Source: Schmidtea nova
Lineage: Eukaryota
Assembly (NCBI GenBank): GCA_044892505.1
Contig: CM097883.1
Location: 446,214,001 to 446,278,000, forward strand
DNA length: 64,000 nucleotides
Direction of reading: 5' to 3'
Below are positions 60,030 to 64,000 of the stretch, in pieces. Both the position numbers and the translations under genes were made by a program. The notes beneath the pieces were generated by a model. The model saw only the letters and a program-made list of their open reading frames with translations. It searched no databases and was not told the DNA's origin. Position 1 is the stretch's first letter, and every line of letters starts with the position of its first letter.

Positions 60030-63017
60030 CAGAGGCGGATTTACGCACGGGCGCAGGGGGCGCGCACCATGGGCCCCGCAAATACCTAATTTTACACTTT
60101 TTTATTGACAAGTTGGGTTTCATATGTGCAATTTCAATTACATACAATGCTACTTTTTTAAATTATTTTTTAAATACTGATCTGTAAAACTGATGAGAAA
60201 TGTTTTAATGAAACAAGAAGTTATAAGTTTTAACTAAATACGGCATTTAATAGTTCGTTTATTTAAAATGCATATGATAAATGATAAACAATGCTTAAGA
60301 TAAATATGTTGCACTCTTTATAATAAGAAAATATAAACATATACGAGAAAGCAATAAAAATTTCAATGTTTGAATTTACAGATTTTTTAGCTCTAAAAAT
60401 ATTAATTAGTTTTTTTTTCATCTGATAATTTTATAATGGTTCAATTGGTTTTTTAAGAATGAATAAAATATAAATTGAATTTTTTCGTAGTTTATGAATA
60501 AATTTTTAATTTGTACTACCTTGAAGAAGAGGAAACAACGTGATACACAAGTGCAGCGAAGGCAGAAATTGAGGCAGAGATTTGCGGCCGAATCGAGCAA
60601 AGGGTAAATCAATCCAAGCCAAATGGGGAAGAGTTGAAGGAAATTGTTCGTACAAATCCATGTTTATGATGTACTCCTATCCAATATATGTATATGAAGT
60701 TTTTTCTAGTTATTGTTTTTTTTGTAGTGTCAAGAAATTGTAAGAATGAGTAAAGTCATAGCGTGTCACGAATCCCTAAGGGAAGGAGACAAGTTTGTAG
60801 TAATAAGGTCACCCTGCGATATCCAGAATTTGTTTGCGGAGATGGATAAAAAGAATATGGATACTGTTTTCGCGAATCTTGAATTTGTTGGATTTGATCC
60901 ACTGAAGCTTAGAGCTACAATGTTTGCAAAAGGAAGAGGGAAGACCAGGAAAACTTTACTAGACATCATGAAGCTTCTGAGTATATTCATCAAGAGAGGT
61001 ACCAGGCTGATTGCTATTAAAGCAAAAACTAATCAGAGTAAGTGGAGAGAGTTCGCAGATCTGATCACGAAATATGATGTCAGACAGAATTTAACAACTG
61101 GTTCTGCAGAAGACACTGTAACTCTGGAAAGACTCGTTTCAGCTTTTCCAGAAATTACTGCTAAATTGCTGCAAAAATCTGGTTCTAGGTTTGCTCAATT
61201 GCATGAATATGTTCCAGAATGTCTTCATTTAACGGCAGCAGCCAGCCTTTTGTCTAGGGAGAAAGACGTTGGACATGATGAGCATCTGGAGTTTTGTCTA
61301 ACTTTGGATAAATTGGTGAACTCAAATCCTGATGCAGAGAAAGTGGGATTGTATTGGGACATTGCTCATAGATCCAATTTGTTCACCGAGGAGCGCAAGA
61401 AAGAAATTTTGAAGAGTCTACTCAAAGAGAAAAACTTATCATATTATTTCGCAGAAGATGAAGAATCTAGCGAAGACACAGCTGCTCCTTTCAGTTCTAG
61501 GAAAAGGTCTGGAAAGAAGATAAGAACTCCTCGAAAGAAAGCTAGGAAGACTTAGATCTTATATCGCAAATGTTAGATGTTTGGATTAAATGTTTATTAT
61601 ATTTATAATAGAGCTATAAAACATCTAAAAAAACCTTTTTGGTACTTGGATTATAAAAACTTTTACTATATGATTTACTGCGTTGGGGGGGATTTCGTGC
61701 TGCGACTGTGTAATTTTTAATTTATATTAATCATTAATTTATTGATATTTAACGCAAAATCCCTTCAAGTATTCTAATCATTTAAACTATTAAATTTTAT
61801 ATTTCCATTGCATTGGTAGCAGGAAAATGAAGCGACATCTATCAGGAGCTAAAAAAGACAAATTAAAAAAAGACGCGAGCAAGATGGCAACCAACAGAAA
61901 GGAGCATTGGACAAATTTATAACAGGTCCTGATCATTCAGGCCATCATAATTCGAGCAACAATGAAAATGAAGAACAAGGAGCTTCCATCAGTCAACGAA
62001 AAGAGTTAGTTGAAGTTGAAAATCAAGGTATAGAAAGCAGCAATGATAACAAAAATGAAGAACCATTCAATAGTCAACCAGGTGAAAAACCAATAGAAAA
62101 AAAAATAGATCCATTAGAAAATGTTGAAATGCAAAAGGAATATATACCATTCGAAGTTTCATTACAAGATATTGCTGTCTGGCCTAACGTTTTATGTAAT
62201 AAAATGATTGAATTTTTAATTGCAAATAAACCAAAAAATGTAGGCGATATAACTAAATTTAAATCGGTCTTTAAACACGGTGATCGCATTTACTACAGAG
62301 GCTTGTGTAAAGATAATTTTTACAGAAAAATTTCTAATGGTAAAAAACAAGAAAGGACATGGTTAAGCCTTTCCGAAACATCAAAAGTAATTTATTGTTA
62401 TCCGTGCAAAGTTTTTTCGGTCTTAAAGTCTAAGTTGATTACAGGATTCCAAAATTGGAAACATATTGGAAGAACTTTGTTCGAGCATGAACTGTCAAAA
62501 GAGCACGTAGCTTCAATGTGTACATTATACAAGCGCTATTCTTCATTAAATCGCTTCGATGTTGAAAATCTTAAAATTATTTTACAAAAAGAAAGAGGTT
62601 CTGCGAAAAATTATATCATCAATAAAATTCCTCGCAAAGTTGGGCATCGCTTTTAGAGGTCATAATGAGAATTCAACATCTTCGAGAAAAGGCAATTATT
62701 TGACTACTTTAGAGTATTTGAGCGAATACGATGAATTTTTAAAATTGCATTTACAAAAGTATAGTAATCAAGGCAGCGGACATGTAAATTACTTGTCTCA
62801 TCAGACGTGTGATGAACTTTTGAAAATAATTGCCGATTCTTTTATGGCACACATTTTGGAGGAAATAAAATACACAAAATATTATAGTATCATTTTAGAT
62901 TCTACACTCAGTGTTGTACATGTGGATCAACTTACCTTCGTAGTGCGTAATTTATCAGAAAATGTGGATATTAAGGAAAGATTTTTAACGTTCCTCCCTA
63001 TAGAATTGATGAAATGA
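60030..63017 (+). mobile_element. hAT transposon 3 (TTF-zinc finger/DUF4371 type), left end and truncated transposase
   Basis: CAGAGGCGGATTTA...GGGCCCC left terminus. Transposase from ATG ~61826 (MKRHLSGAKK), WL..S...YCYPCKVF...GFQNWK...HE.SKEH.SM, AFRGH, YSIILDST..HVDQL..ERFL. Frameshifts present; right end not seen. Confidence 0.8.
60746..61555 (+). CDS. Endogenous viral element: phenuivirus-like (phlebo/tenuivirus family) nucleoprotein, intact 269-aa ORF
   Basis: LEFVGFDP (cf. FxYQGFD), IKRGT (cf. RGN), LITKY, DTVTLERLVSAFP (cf. TLSRVAAAF), P..L..AAASLL in the expected order and spacing; length close to phenuiviral N; visibly higher GC than flanks. Confidence 0.8.
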   Translation: MSKVIACHESLREGDKFVVIRSPCDIQNLFAEMDKKNMDTVFANLEFVGFDPLKLRATMFAKGRGKTRKTLLDIMKLLSIFIKRGTRLIAIKAKTNQSKWREFADLITKYDVRQNLTTGSAEDTVTLERLVSAFPEITAKLLQKSGSRFAQLHEYVPECLHLTAAASLLSREKDVGHDEHLEFCLTLDKLVNSNPDAEKVGLYWDIAHRSNLFTEERKKEILKSLLKEKNLSYYFAEDEESSEDTAAPFSSRKRSGKKIRTPRKKARKT

Positions 63018-63407
63018 ACAAATAACAATTTTCAAGTCAAATGATAATATTATCATCGAACCATTAATAGCATATCATTTTTAGACGGTAAAATAATGTT
63101 ATTAATTCTATTACCCCTATATTTCTCATATTTGATAGAAACAGTCTCCGAAAGTTCAGTAGAGAGATTAAATAAAAACTTTCTTATAGACATTGGAGCT
63201 GGAATATATTCAGAAAGAACTGGATACGATTTGATTATGTTGTGATCAATTAATGTTATGTTATTTTTTAAAAAAATGGGAGAAGATCTGGGAATTTACT
63301 AATAATTTGCTGGCGTTCACGTTTCGTTAGAATACGGAGCAGACTTTCAAAATTAAGACATTTACTTTTACGGTTGACAGATTCAGTTGAGGGGTTATTA
63401 AATTTTA

Positions 63408-63752
63408 CTATTTTTTATTTTTACTAACAGAAATTTCCAAATTTTGAAAAGGGGTAGAATTAGAGTTAGAATTAAATGATTGATCATTAATTAAATTAAT
63501 TTCATCAGATTTTAGAAAGTGTTTATTATTAAAAAATTTATTTACATTTAAAGATTTATCTGACAATTCATTAGAAAATTTCGAAATAAAACAATCTACC
63601 TTTTCAGCTATATTGCGAAATGTTTCCTCCAACGAGTCTAGTCGCTTGCTAAACGAAGAAGGGGGAAAATCCACAGGTTGTTGAATAGAAATTACATTTT
63701 CTCCAGTTGATTTAGAATTGTTTTTAGAAAAACATCCAATATTTTCAGCCAT
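63408..63752 (-). CDS. Hypothetical ORF with a coiled-coil-like stretch, function unknown
   Basis: 114-aa ORF containing KRLDSLEETFRNIAEKVD; no recognised family. Confidence 0.25.
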   Translation of the reverse strand: MAENIGCFSKNNSKSTGENVISIQQPVDFPPSSFSKRLDSLEETFRNIAEKVDCFISKFSNELSDKSLNVNKFFNNKHFLKSDEINLINDQSFNSNSNSTPFQNLEISVSKNKK

Positions 63753-63892
63753 ATTGAGAGATCAAGTTTCAATCGAAGCCAAATGCTTATTGACAGAAGG
63801 GTAATCCACATTTTGCTAAACACAATTTTCTTCTTTATCTGCACAAGATTTAGAAAAATATTCCAAGAGATTTAGATATCGTAATTTGATTA

Positions 63893-64000
63893 CAGTAAAG
63901 GCTCCTACAACGCGATACTTCTACAACGCGTTTTCGTTACGGCAATTTTTCTCATAACGCTAGTTTTTTCCTACAACGCGATTTAAAAAAATGTACGTTT
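63893..64000 (+). mobile_element. Left end of a Tigger/pogo-like element
   Basis: TA-CAGTAAAG start with three CTACAACGCG subterminal repeats. Confidence 0.55.

Noticed and set aside
60723-60730. GTAGTGT before the N ORF, resembling the orthobunyavirus segment terminus AGTAGTGT
   Set aside because: Only 7 nt match, the protein motifs are phenuivirus-like (termini ACAC...), and the site is equally explained as a splice acceptor.

Overview
AT-rich eukaryotic (probably compact invertebrate) scaffold made almost entirely of mobile and virus-derived DNA, with two N gaps. The main feature is a young, apparently intact 7.8-kb Ty3/gypsy LTR retrotransposon (4903-12730, minus strand; CsRn1-type CHCC Gag, PR-RT-RH-IN Pol, -1 frameshift). 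Its 956-bp LTRs look like a captured host head-to-head gene junction: the 5' end of NOMO plus a possible tepsin/ENTH-like 5' end. Its first ORF (921 aa) reads signal peptide + NOMO N-terminal domain + N/S/Q-rich sequon-rich stalk + transmembrane helix + ubiquitin-like domain ending in LYGG + Gag, which suggests a membrane-anchored, protease-releasable Gag precursor. The empty insertion site is present in a near-identical tandem duplicate (22395-22399). The second highlight is an intact phenuivirus-like (Bunyavirales) nucleoprotein ORF (60746-61555) lying between a hAT terminal repeat and a hAT transposase. Also present: a decayed Polinton/adintovirus-type DNA polymerase B next to an intronless RING gene, three diverged copies of an unrecognised two-ORF module, nested hAT/hAT/Merlin transposons with verifiable TSDs, pogo/Tigger relics, a TRIM-like mini-element, a solo LTR and a second gypsy RT fragment. 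All protein family calls come from motif recognition by eye, not database searches.
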